Positions 8,332-16,878 of a DNA stretch of 64,000 nt are shown here, piece by piece (positions within the stretch are counted from its first letter, which is position 1; the number at the start of each line of letters is the position of its first letter). Below the pieces are notes generated by a model. That model did not search any database. It saw only the letters and a program-made list of their open reading frames with translations, and had not been told where the DNA came from. Position numbers and translations under genes: made by a program. The stretch lies in IMG/VR virus record IMGVR_UViG_3300029319_008466, positions 1 to 64,000 of that record. One strand, written 5' to 3'. This DNA comes from a virus.

Positions 8332-10125
8332 ATGGGTACTATTAGAGTAGCAGATTATATTTTTGATAGAATATCTGAGCTTGGTGCTAAACACATCTTT
8401 ATGTTGACAGGCGGCGGTGCAATGTTTTTAAACGATGCTGTCGCAAAGAATAAAAATTTATCTGCCATATGTGTTCATCACGAACAGGCCGCAGCCATGG
8501 GTGCTGTAGGTTACTCAAAATATGAAAACGATTATGGCGTAGTTTGTACGACTACTGGGTGTGGCTCTACAAACACAATAACCGGCTTATTGGAGGCGTG
8601 GCAGGATAATGTAAAGTGCATATTTATTTCGGGACAAGTAAACAAAGATCAGACTTCATATATGTCTGAAACACCCCTGCGTCAATTTGGTGTACAAGAA
8701 GCGGATATTGTAGAAATTGTAAAATCAATAACAAAATATGCAGTAATGATTACTGATCCTGAAATGGTTGCATATCATCTTGATAAAGCATTTCACCTAT
8801 GTTCTACTGGGCGTCCTGGTCCGGTTTGGATTGATGTGCCGTTGGACGTACAAGGTGCTTATGTTGATCCTCAAAAGCTCAAAAGATACATGCCTGCTGT
8901 AGAAAATAGCAAAGTTGATCTAAAAGATTTTTATACCTTGCTGGAAAATTCTAAAAGACCGATATTATTAGCTGGAAATGGTATAAAACTATCAGGCGCT
9001 ACCAGTGAATTTTTACAATTTGTTAAAAAACACAACATACCTGTTGTTTCAACCTATCTTGGAATAGATCTTTTATCACATCAAGACCCATTGATGATTG
9101 GGTGTGTGGGGGTAAAAGGAACAAGAGCGGGAAATTTTGCATTACAAAACTCCGATTTAGTAATAGCGATTGGTACCAGACTAAGTGTGCCAGTAATTGG
9201 ATATAAATATCATTTTTTTGCAAGAGAGGCTAAAATTGTAGTTGTAGATATTGATCCTGCCGAACATCAAAAAAAGACAATTAATATTAATACATTTATA
9301 CACGCTGATGCTAAAGACTTTTTTAATGCCTGTACGTTGGAAAATATAACAAAGCCTGTGCAGTCGCAAAAATGGGCTGATACTTGCTATAGTTGGAAAA
9401 ACAATTGGACAGTGTATCAAAAAGAGTATGAAAAAGACGACACAGGAATTAACCTATATTACTTTATTGAAAAACTGTCAGATTGTATGCATAGTGATTC
9501 CGTTGTAGTCTCTGATGCGGGATCAGCATATTACGTGACATCGCAAGGATTAAAAATAAAAGACAAACAAAAATATGTGACCTCTGGAGCCCAAGCCGAC
9601 ATGGGATTCACCATTCCAGCATCCGTGGGCGTTAGTTTTGCCAATAATAAAAAAGATGTTATTGGTATTACTGGAGACGGATCATTTCAGACTAACATAC
9701 AAGAATTGCAGACTATAGTGCATTATAATTTACCAATTAAATTATTTATATGGAACAATGATGGATATCTTTCAATTCAAAATACACAAAATAAATTTTT
9801 TGATGGAAGGCTTATAGGAGTCGATAAAGACTCGGGTGTATCGTTTCCCAAAATTGAAAAAATTGCAAAAGCCTATGGTATAAAATATTTTAAAGTAGAA
9901 AAAGCAAAAAATATTTCAAAAACAATATCAGAAGTGTTACAATGTACAGAACCAGTGATATGCGAAGTAATGTGTCAAAAACAACAACAAATACTTCCTA
10001 CATTGGCAAGCATGAAAACTGACGATGGTAAAATAATTTCTAAGCCTTTGGAAGACATGTATCCGTACATGGATAGAGAAGAGTTTTATGATAATATGAT
10101 TGTTAGTCCATTAGAAGAAAAATAA
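8332..10125 (+). CDS. ThDP-dependent acetolactate-synthase-like carboligase (YerE-like)
   Basis: HHEQAA, GRPGPVWIDVP and GDGSF...NN ThDP motif. It lies among NDP-sugar genes with no ilvC, ilvD or ilvH. Confidence 0.85.
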   Translation: MGTIRVADYIFDRISELGAKHIFMLTGGGAMFLNDAVAKNKNLSAICVHHEQAAAMGAVGYSKYENDYGVVCTTTGCGSTNTITGLLEAWQDNVKCIFISGQVNKDQTSYMSETPLRQFGVQEADIVEIVKSITKYAVMITDPEMVAYHLDKAFHLCSTGRPGPVWIDVPLDVQGAYVDPQKLKRYMPAVENSKVDLKDFYTLLENSKRPILLAGNGIKLSGATSEFLQFVKKHNIPVVSTYLGIDLLSHQDPLMIGCVGVKGTRAGNFALQNSDLVIAIGTRLSVPVIGYKYHFFAREAKIVVVDIDPAEHQKKTININTFIHADAKDFFNACTLENITKPVQSQKWADTCYSWKNNWTVYQKEYEKDDTGINLYYFIEKLSDCMHSDSVVVSDAGSAYYVTSQGLKIKDKQKYVTSGAQADMGFTIPASVGVSFANNKKDVIGITGDGSFQTNIQELQTIVHYNLPIKLFIWNNDGYLSIQNTQNKFFDGRLIGVDKDSGVSFPKIEKIAKAYGIKYFKVEKAKNISKTISEVLQCTEPVICEVMCQKQQQILPTLASMKTDDGKIISKPLEDMYPYMDREEFYDNMIVSPLEEK

Positions 10126-10135
10126 GGAGCTTACA

Positions 10136-11068
10136 ATGGCCGCAGATGACAGAAACAAAGTAACAATACTTAAACTACGAAGACAAAAAAAATTAGGAAA
10201 CAAGACAGTGCTTGTTACTGCTTATGATTATCCACAAGCAAGAATTGCTGATGGTGCAGACGTAGATTGCATTTTGGTTGGAGATTCATTGGGAATGACA
10301 ACCTTGGGATATAAAACAACTATTCCAGTAACCATGGATGATATGATAAGACACTCAGAAGCTGTTGCAAGAGGGGCAAAAAAGGCGTTTCTTATAGGAG
10401 ACATGCCATATATGTCTTATCAGGTATCGAACGAAGAGGCAGTGCATAATGCCGGTAGATTTGTTCGGGCGGGCATGGACTGCGTTAAAGTTGAGGGCGC
10501 AATGACAGAGAGAATTAGAGCAATTGCTGACTCTGGTATCATGGTGATGAGTCATTTGGGGCTAACTCCACATACTAGAGCCAAACTCGGCGGTTATCGC
10601 GTGCAGGGTAAAACAGCAAAGCAAGCCGAGATTATTTTAAAACAAGCACTCGACCTACAAGAAGCTGGCTGCACTTTTTTACTTTTAGAAGGTATGCCAA
10701 GAGAATCAGCAGAAATGATTGCTAACGAATTATCCATTCCAGTATATGGAATTGGAGCCGGTGATAAGGTGGACGGTCAATTGGTAATATTCCACGACCT
10801 TATGGGGTTGTTTTGGGAATTTAAATCCAAATTTGTTAAGCGATATTGCGAAGCGGGACAAATAATGCAAAATGCTCTTAGCAATTATACAGAAGAAGTT
10901 CGAAACGGACTGTTTCCTTCTGAAGAAAACTTTTATGCAATAAAAGAAGAAGAACTTGAAAGACTGCTGGGAGGAGGAAACTGGAAACATGATATAATTT
11001 ATGAAAACGATCAAGGTTTTCCAACGAATCATTCCGCCACTCCTAATACTGTTTTAAAAAAAAAGTAA
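10136..11068 (+). CDS. panB: Ketopantoate hydroxymethyltransferase-like protein
   Basis: TAYD, LVGDSLGM, GDMPYMSY, VKVEG, HLGLTP, GGYRVQG, GIGAG..DGQLV.HD, plus an extra C-terminal tail. Confidence 0.92.
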   Translation: MAADDRNKVTILKLRRQKKLGNKTVLVTAYDYPQARIADGADVDCILVGDSLGMTTLGYKTTIPVTMDDMIRHSEAVARGAKKAFLIGDMPYMSYQVSNEEAVHNAGRFVRAGMDCVKVEGAMTERIRAIADSGIMVMSHLGLTPHTRAKLGGYRVQGKTAKQAEIILKQALDLQEAGCTFLLLEGMPRESAEMIANELSIPVYGIGAGDKVDGQLVIFHDLMGLFWEFKSKFVKRYCEAGQIMQNALSNYTEEVRNGLFPSEENFYAIKEEELERLLGGGNWKHDIIYENDQGFPTNHSATPNTVLKKK

Positions 11069-11104
11069 AATCTTCAAAGTCCAATAGTGATGTGGAATAT
11101 TGGA
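11059..11104 (+). promoter_or_regulatory. Candidate -1 frameshift signal: A_AAA_AAG plus downstream hairpin
   Basis: In-frame heptamer at 11059-11065 within an A9 run. Inverted repeat TCCAATA (11080-11086) / TATTGGA (11098-11104). The -1 frame stays open to TGA 11137-11139. Confidence 0.4.
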
Positions 11105-11123
11105 AAGATATGTTTAAAAATCC

Positions 11124-11984
11124 ATGGACAATACAGTGAACAATATATTGATTACTGGAGGAAATGGCTTTTTAGCAAAAGAATTGACACTATATTTTTC
11201 CAATAATAGTGAGATAAATTTAATTTCTACAAACCGCAGCACTCTTGATATTGCAAACGCACAACAGGTTAATGACTTCTTTAATTTGAACAACATCGAT
11301 ATTGTGATACATACCGCAGTAAAAGGCGGCAAAAGAAATCAACAAGAGAGCATAGATGATTTTTTTTCTAATATATCCATGTTTAATAATTTGTTAAACT
11401 GTTCAAACAAATATAAGATGTTGTTTAATTTTGGTTCGGGCGCTGAGTTTGATAGATTTTTTAATATATCTCTTGCCAAAGAAGAATCGATTTTTAATCA
11501 CCGCCCAATTGACTATTATGGATTATCCAAAAATTTTATTAGTAGAAAAATTTCTGAACTAGATTCAAGATATTTTAATTTAAGGTTGTTTGGTTGTTTT
11601 GGTCATTTTGAAGAGCCTCAAAGACTCATAAGAGCTTCTTTTGATAATATACAAAATGGTAAACCAATTGCGATTAATCAAGATAAATTTATGGACTATT
11701 TTTATGCACAAGATGTTGGAAAAGTAATAGAACATATTATACAAAGCAATAAAGATGTCATACCTAGAGATATTAATTTATGTTACGAGAAAAAATATAA
11801 ACTAACAGATATATCAAACATGATTCTTGACTTGACTGGAAATGAAGAATCGGTTATAATAAAAAAAGAAACTCTTGGTAAACCATATACTGGTTGCGGC
11901 AAAAAACTTAAGGGGCTAAACATTGATTTACTTGGGATACATAAGGGTATTGAGATATGTCTGAAAAATTGGAAAAAATCCTAG
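11124..11984 (+). CDS. NAD-dependent epimerase/reductase (extended SDR, possibly YerF-like)
   Basis: ITGGNGFLA, FGSGAEF, YGLSK. Alternative GTG start at 11136. Confidence 0.85.
   Translation: MDNTVNNILITGGNGFLAKELTLYFSNNSEINLISTNRSTLDIANAQQVNDFFNLNNIDIVIHTAVKGGKRNQQESIDDFFSNISMFNNLLNCSNKYKMLFNFGSGAEFDRFFNISLAKEESIFNHRPIDYYGLSKNFISRKISELDSRYFNLRLFGCFGHFEEPQRLIRASFDNIQNGKPIAINQDKFMDYFYAQDVGKVIEHIIQSNKDVIPRDINLCYEKKYKLTDISNMILDLTGNEESVIIKKETLGKPYTGCGKKLKGLNIDLLGIHKGIEICLKNWKKS
11832..11860 (+). promoter_or_regulatory. Sigma70-type promoter inside a CDS, upstream of the rfbH-like gene
   Basis: TTGACT (11832-11837), 17-nt spacer, TATAAT (11855-11860), about 100 nt before ATG 11957. Confidence 0.6.
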
Positions 11985-13306
11985 ATTTAGTCAGCGAATA
12001 CATTGTAGATAAAAAGAAAAACGATAAATGGGACGCGGGCATTGATTGGCTATCTTATTCTGGTCCACATTATGATGAAAACGAGTATGTAGCCGCCGTC
12101 AAGAGTCTTTTAGATGAATGGCTTGTATTTGGTAAAGATTGCAGAGATTTTGAGATTGAGTTTCCAAAATTACTGGGGCTTCAAAGAGGTGTATTAACTA
12201 ACTCTGGTAGTTCGGCAAATCTATTGATGGTAAGTGCCCTCTCTTCGCCCACACCGGCTCTTAGAAAATACCACCTACCAAGAGGCAGTAAGTTTATAAC
12301 GCCGGTTGTATGCTTTCCTACAACGTTAAATCCTCTTTTGCAAAACGGATACGAGCCAGTTTTTGTCGATGTTACATTACCAGACTTAAATTTAGACTTA
12401 GATCAGGTAGAAAAACAACTTGAACAAGATCCCGATATCAGAGGTATAATTTTTGCACATGTGCTTGGAAACCCTCCTGACATGGATCGCTTAATGTCCT
12501 TGGTAGAAAAATATAATTTAATATTTTTGGAAGATTGCTGTGATGCCCTGGGTTCAACATACAAGGGTAAAAAACTTGGTTCTTTTGGGGTGATGTCTAC
12601 ATGCTCTTTTTACCCAGCGCATCATATGACAATGGCTGAAGGCGGTTTTATAGCAACAAACAGCTATGCTCTTTATAAAACACTGGCTAGTCTTCGAGAT
12701 TGGGGGCGCGGCTGTTATTGCAATGAAAAAAAGCCAGGCGATGTAACAACGGGTACCGCATGTGGAGACAGGTTTAAAAATTGGCTATGTGGCCGTAGTG
12801 ACGTTATTTATGATCATAGGTATGTTTATAATGAAGTGGGGTATAACCTCAAACCCATAGAGTTGCAAGGTGCTCTCGGCAAACAACAAATTAAAAAATT
12901 GCCAGAAATGGAAAATGCACGAAGACTTAATTTTCAAAAACTATATAATATCTTTAAGCCATATGAAAAATATTTCTGGTTAAATTCTGCAACTCCAGGT
13001 TCAGATCCTTGTTGGTTTGGATTTTTGTTTACCGTTAAACCAGACGCCCCTTTTAACAGGGAGCAATTTGTTAATTTTTTAGAAACTAACAAAATTCAGA
13101 CAAGACCATATTTTGCAGGCAACGTTTTATATCACCCGGCATACAAAAACTTGAGACAAGATGAAAATAACATAAGGGAAAAATATCCAATAGCAGATAT
13201 AGTAACTTTGGGCTCTGCATTTTTAGGTACATATATCGGATACACAGACGAGAAGATGAACTATATTAAGAAAAATGTAGATAAGTTTTTTCAGGAGTTA
13301 AAATGA
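11957..13306 (+). CDS. rfbH: NDP-4-keto-6-deoxyhexose 3-dehydrase (RfbH/DdhC/AscC, E1-type)
   Basis: NSGSSANL and EDCCDALGS. SFYPAHHMT has His in place of the Schiff-base Lys. RDWGRGCYC...C are the Fe-S cysteines. Confidence 0.88.
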   Translation: MSEKLEKILDLVSEYIVDKKKNDKWDAGIDWLSYSGPHYDENEYVAAVKSLLDEWLVFGKDCRDFEIEFPKLLGLQRGVLTNSGSSANLLMVSALSSPTPALRKYHLPRGSKFITPVVCFPTTLNPLLQNGYEPVFVDVTLPDLNLDLDQVEKQLEQDPDIRGIIFAHVLGNPPDMDRLMSLVEKYNLIFLEDCCDALGSTYKGKKLGSFGVMSTCSFYPAHHMTMAEGGFIATNSYALYKTLASLRDWGRGCYCNEKKPGDVTTGTACGDRFKNWLCGRSDVIYDHRYVYNEVGYNLKPIELQGALGKQQIKKLPEMENARRLNFQKLYNIFKPYEKYFWLNSATPGSDPCWFGFLFTVKPDAPFNREQFVNFLETNKIQTRPYFAGNVLYHPAYKNLRQDENNIREKYPIADIVTLGSAFLGTYIGYTDEKMNYIKKNVDKFFQELK

Positions 13307-14253
13307 AAATTGTTTATATTACAGGCTGTCTTGGTTTTATAGGCTCCTATGTTACGAGAAAGTGTCTTCAAAAAGGCTGGATGGTCTATGGCGTAGATAA
13401 ATGCACATACGTTGCAAACACAGACTTGCTGCAAGAATTTAACCAATATCAAAATTTTACTTTTGAAAAAAAAGACATTAAAAAGCTTGCACATTTGTAT
13501 GATTGTGATTATATTATTAATATAGCCGCCGAGTCTCATGTTGGAAATAGCATTGTACAAAGCGATTCATTTATTGACAGCAATATTGTTGGGGTTAAAA
13601 ACCTATTGGACCTTTTAAGACACAAACCAAATAATGTTTCTAAAAGACCAATATTTCTACACTTCAGTACAGACGAAGTATATGGCGATATTGAAACCGG
13701 AGTACACACAGAAACGGATTTATTACAACCAAGCAATCCTTATTCGGCAGCCAAGGCAGCGGCGGATATGTTGGTAATGGCGTGGTCAAGAACATATAAT
13801 ATTGAGTATATTATTTTGCGACCAACAAATAACTATGGAATTGGACAATATCCTGAAAAACTTATACCGCTATCGGTAAAAAATCTTAATAGAAATAGAA
13901 AAATTAGACTTCATAATATGGGAACACCCATACGAAATTGGCTACATGCCGATGATACAGCCGAAGCAGTGATGACTATTATTGAATCGGGCGTAACAAA
14001 TCAAATATACAATATAGCTGGTGGGTTTGAACAAACAAATATAGAAACCGTTAAAAAGATTATTCACAGCTATTATTCGCCAGAATGTAATTGGGAACAA
14101 TATGTGGATTTGTCATATCATCGAGAAGGACAAGATGTTAGATATGCCCTTGATGATATTAAATTACGTGATTTGGGATGGCAGCCAAAAAAACAATTTG
14201 ACGAAGAACTTGATAATATAGTTGCGCATTACAAAAATAATTTTAAATGGTAA
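13303..14253 (+). CDS. rmlB: dTDP-glucose 4,6-dehydratase-like
   Basis: GCLGFIG, AAESHV, STDEVYGD, NPYSAAK, NNYG..QYPEKLIP. Confidence 0.85.
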   Translation: MKIVYITGCLGFIGSYVTRKCLQKGWMVYGVDKCTYVANTDLLQEFNQYQNFTFEKKDIKKLAHLYDCDYIINIAAESHVGNSIVQSDSFIDSNIVGVKNLLDLLRHKPNNVSKRPIFLHFSTDEVYGDIETGVHTETDLLQPSNPYSAAKAAADMLVMAWSRTYNIEYIILRPTNNYGIGQYPEKLIPLSVKNLNRNRKIRLHNMGTPIRNWLHADDTAEAVMTIIESGVTNQIYNIAGGFEQTNIETVKKIIHSYYSPECNWEQYVDLSYHREGQDVRYALDDIKLRDLGWQPKKQFDEELDNIVAHYKNNFKW

Positions 14254-14260
14254 TAGAAAA

Positions 14261-15196
14261 ATGAGGTTAAAATACAGTGACATTATTGGAAAGCATAAAA
14301 ACATACCATGTGCAATCACACTTCACGGTCCAAGTTTAGATCCTTACAGAGATCGAATACAAGACTTACAAAGGCAAAATAAATTAATAAGATTTGACGT
14401 TAATGAATGGTATGATTATTTTGAAGAGAAACCCAACTATTGGGTTGTATCAAATACAGAATTTACAATTGATGCCTCAATAAGAAGAAATCGTATATGG
14501 GCTGAGAGAAAATACGAGCACAATGTGTTCAACAAATATAATGTACCTCTTTTATATAATGCAACAGCAGACTTGACAGATTTAGACTTTGTTGACAAGA
14601 ATTTACAATGCGATTACTTGCCTTATGACACCAAGCATTTTAAGGGACATAGGTGTGTTGAGATCTTAAAAAATTTTAAAACATATTATGAGCAAAATAG
14701 AAATTTAAATTTTAAATATTATGGAAACAACGAACAATTGTGGCAGCCGCCTAATATAAAGGGATTTGCACCATGGAAGCAAAAATTACACGGACGCATC
14801 GGCGGTGCCTGGAATGTATCGGGAAAGTGTTGCGCATTTATTGATCAGAGCACGTTGCAGGAAGAATTACAAAAACATTCTGGATATGAACAACATATGG
14901 GGCCGGGGCAGACTGTTGGGTTGTTTGCGGGCATGTTTGCAATATTAATGGGATGTAATCCGATATATATTGTCGGTCTTGATTTAGACTGTGAAGCAGG
15001 CTTTGCCGCAGGCAAGCAAACACTTGGTGTTTACAACGAGGGGCATGTTGGGCATTGGAAGGTAATTTATAGAGATTTTCTTCTTGATGACATGCGTATA
15101 TTAAAAGAAAGTGCAGAAAAACTTGGCATTGAGATTATCAATTTAAATAAACAATCTTGGCATGATGTATTTCAAAAAGGCGAATTAAATTTATAA
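14261..15196 (+). CDS. Maf/DUF115-like putative ulosonic-acid glycosyltransferase
   Basis: KHKNIPCAITLHGPSL and MGCNPIYIVGLD match the GPSL / G.D motifs of the Maf (MAF_flag10) family. It lies just upstream of neuB-neuA. Confidence 0.65.
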   Translation: MRLKYSDIIGKHKNIPCAITLHGPSLDPYRDRIQDLQRQNKLIRFDVNEWYDYFEEKPNYWVVSNTEFTIDASIRRNRIWAERKYEHNVFNKYNVPLLYNATADLTDLDFVDKNLQCDYLPYDTKHFKGHRCVEILKNFKTYYEQNRNLNFKYYGNNEQLWQPPNIKGFAPWKQKLHGRIGGAWNVSGKCCAFIDQSTLQEELQKHSGYEQHMGPGQTVGLFAGMFAILMGCNPIYIVGLDLDCEAGFAAGKQTLGVYNEGHVGHWKVIYRDFLLDDMRILKESAEKLGIEIINLNKQSWHDVFQKGELNL

Positions 15197-15202
15197 TAAT
15201 TA

Positions 15203-15211
15203 TGTTATAAT
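15203..15211 (+). promoter_or_regulatory. Extended -10 promoter (TGnTATAAT) for tRNA-Asn/neuB
   Basis: TG-T-TATAAT 11 nt upstream of the tRNA 5' end, with a second TATAAT at 15192-15197. Confidence 0.5.
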
Positions 15212-15222
15212 AAAAACACTAC

Positions 15223-15299
15223 TGGGGTGAGGTTGTCCAGGTATCAACGCCTGACTGTTAATCAGGAGACTGCTGGTTCGAGTCCAGCCACCCCAGCCA
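15223..15299 (+). tRNA. tRNA-Asn(GTT), atypical A8/U14
   Basis: Acceptor stem TGGGGTG/CACCCCA, D stem GTTG/CAAC, anticodon arm CCTGA-CT-GTT-AA-TCAGG, T arm GCTGG-TTCGAGT-CCAGC, discriminator G, CCA. Confidence 0.9.
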
Positions 15300-15328
15300 A
15301 AATCACTAACAATATAAAAGGAAAAAAA

Positions 15329-16159
15329 ATGAAAAAAACTTTTGTTATCGCAGAAATCGGAATTAATCACAATGGTGATTTAAATTTGGCAAAAAAACTA
15401 ATTGATGGAGCCGTTACAGCGGGCTGTGACATGGTGAAGTTTCAAAAAAGAACAGTTGATTTGGTATATACTAAACAAGAACTTGATAAGACAAGAGAAA
15501 GTCCCTGGGGAACAACCAATCGTGAACAAAAAATGGGATTAGAGTTTGGTGAAAAAGAATATGATCAAATTGACAGATATTGTAAGAAAAAAGGAATTTA
15601 TTGGACTGCATCTGCATGGGATGTGCCAAGCCAATTATTTTTAAGAAAATATGATTTAAAATACAACAAAGTTGCATCTCCGATGCTAACACATGATGAT
15701 TTGTTACAAACGATTGCGGAAGAAAAAAAGTATACTTTTATTTCAACAGGTATGAGTACGGTTGAGCAAATCAGAAAAGCTGTTAACATTTTTAAGAAAG
15801 CAGGTTGCCCTTTTGAGCTAATGCACTGTAATAGTACCTATCCCCTTAATCCAGAAGATGCAAATTTGCGTGTAATAAACACATTGCGTAGTGATTTTGG
15901 TTGTGATGTGGGGTATAGCGGACACGAAGTAGGTGTTATCGTTAGTTGTGCAGCGGTCGCCCTGGGTGCAACTTCCATAGAAAGACACATTACTTTAGAT
16001 CGAGCTATGTATGGCTCGGATCAATCTGCTTCGTTAGAACTGGGAGGGTTAAATAAATTGGTGGCATATATTAGAGATATTGAAACATCTTTGGGATCCC
16101 CCGTAAAAAAATTGCATGCCTCGGAGGTACCTGCTATGAAAAAGCTTAGGAAATATTAA
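15329..16159 (+). CDS. neuB: N-acetylneuraminate/nonulosonate synthase family, short form without the C-terminal SAF domain
   Basis: IAEIGINHNGD, KFQKR, STGMS, HCNSTYP, GYSGHE, IERHITLDR. True start is ATG 15329, after the tRNA. Confidence 0.92.
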   Translation: MKKTFVIAEIGINHNGDLNLAKKLIDGAVTAGCDMVKFQKRTVDLVYTKQELDKTRESPWGTTNREQKMGLEFGEKEYDQIDRYCKKKGIYWTASAWDVPSQLFLRKYDLKYNKVASPMLTHDDLLQTIAEEKKYTFISTGMSTVEQIRKAVNIFKKAGCPFELMHCNSTYPLNPEDANLRVINTLRSDFGCDVGYSGHEVGVIVSCAAVALGATSIERHITLDRAMYGSDQSASLELGGLNKLVAYIRDIETSLGSPVKKLHASEVPAMKKLRKY

Positions 16160-16878
16160 TGACACTGACCGCACTAATACCGGCACGAGGTGGTAGCAAG
16201 GGCGTACCAAGAAAAAATATTCATAATTTGGCTGGATATCCCCTTATTGCATATTCTATAATCGCGTGTAAGGCTTCTTCAAAAATAAGTAGAGTGGTAG
16301 TATCGACTGATGACGAAGAGATAGCTGATGTAGCAAGACAGTATGGCGCAGAAGTTCCGTTTATGAGACCTAAAGAATTTGCGGGCGATAAGTCAACTGA
16401 CTTAGAGGTTATTAAGCATTTCTATTCCATGGAAGGACCACAAGATTTAGCTTTTGTTAGACCAACAACTCCGATTAGGGAACCTGTTGTCATGGATGGT
16501 ATTGTTGATAAATTCATTAAAAATTATTCAAACATTACTGGACTAAGATCCGCACATGAGCTTTCAGAATCGCCTTATAAGTTTTTTAAAATTGTAGATG
16601 GAATATTCACTGGGTTTTTTGATCATTTTGATGGAATAAAAGATTATACAAATTTACCCAGACAAATGTTTCCAAAAGCGTATCATCCAAACGGATATCT
16701 TGATATTTTAAAAAAAGATACAGTTTTAGCAGGTAGTGATTTTGGTAGCAAAATTTTACCCGCAATTACTGAATTTACAGTTGAAGTTGATGATAAATAT
16801 CATTTTGAATTACTGGAAAGCCAAATTGCAATGGGCAAAGACAAAGTATATCAGGAGCTAAAAAATGGTGTATACTAA
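16159..16878 (+). CDS. neuA: Acylneuraminate (ulosonate) cytidylyltransferase
   Basis: IPARGGSKGVPRKN, VSTD, PFMRP, RPTTP, RQ.FP..Y..NG. Confidence 0.92.
   Translation: MTLTALIPARGGSKGVPRKNIHNLAGYPLIAYSIIACKASSKISRVVVSTDDEEIADVARQYGAEVPFMRPKEFAGDKSTDLEVIKHFYSMEGPQDLAFVRPTTPIREPVVMDGIVDKFIKNYSNITGLRSAHELSESPYKFFKIVDGIFTGFFDHFDGIKDYTNLPRQMFPKAYHPNGYLDILKKDTVLAGSDFGSKILPAITEFTVEVDDKYHFELLESQIAMGKDKVYQELKNGVY

Noticed and set aside
8332-11068. Branched-chain amino acid / pantothenate auxiliary metabolic genes
   Set aside because: No ilvC, ilvD, ilvH, panC or panE in the window, and the context is NDP-sugar enzymes. Disfavoured but not disproved.
15227-15328. N-terminal extension of the NeuB ORF
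   Set aside because: It overlaps tRNA-Asn. The real start is ATG 15329 after an AAGGA SD.
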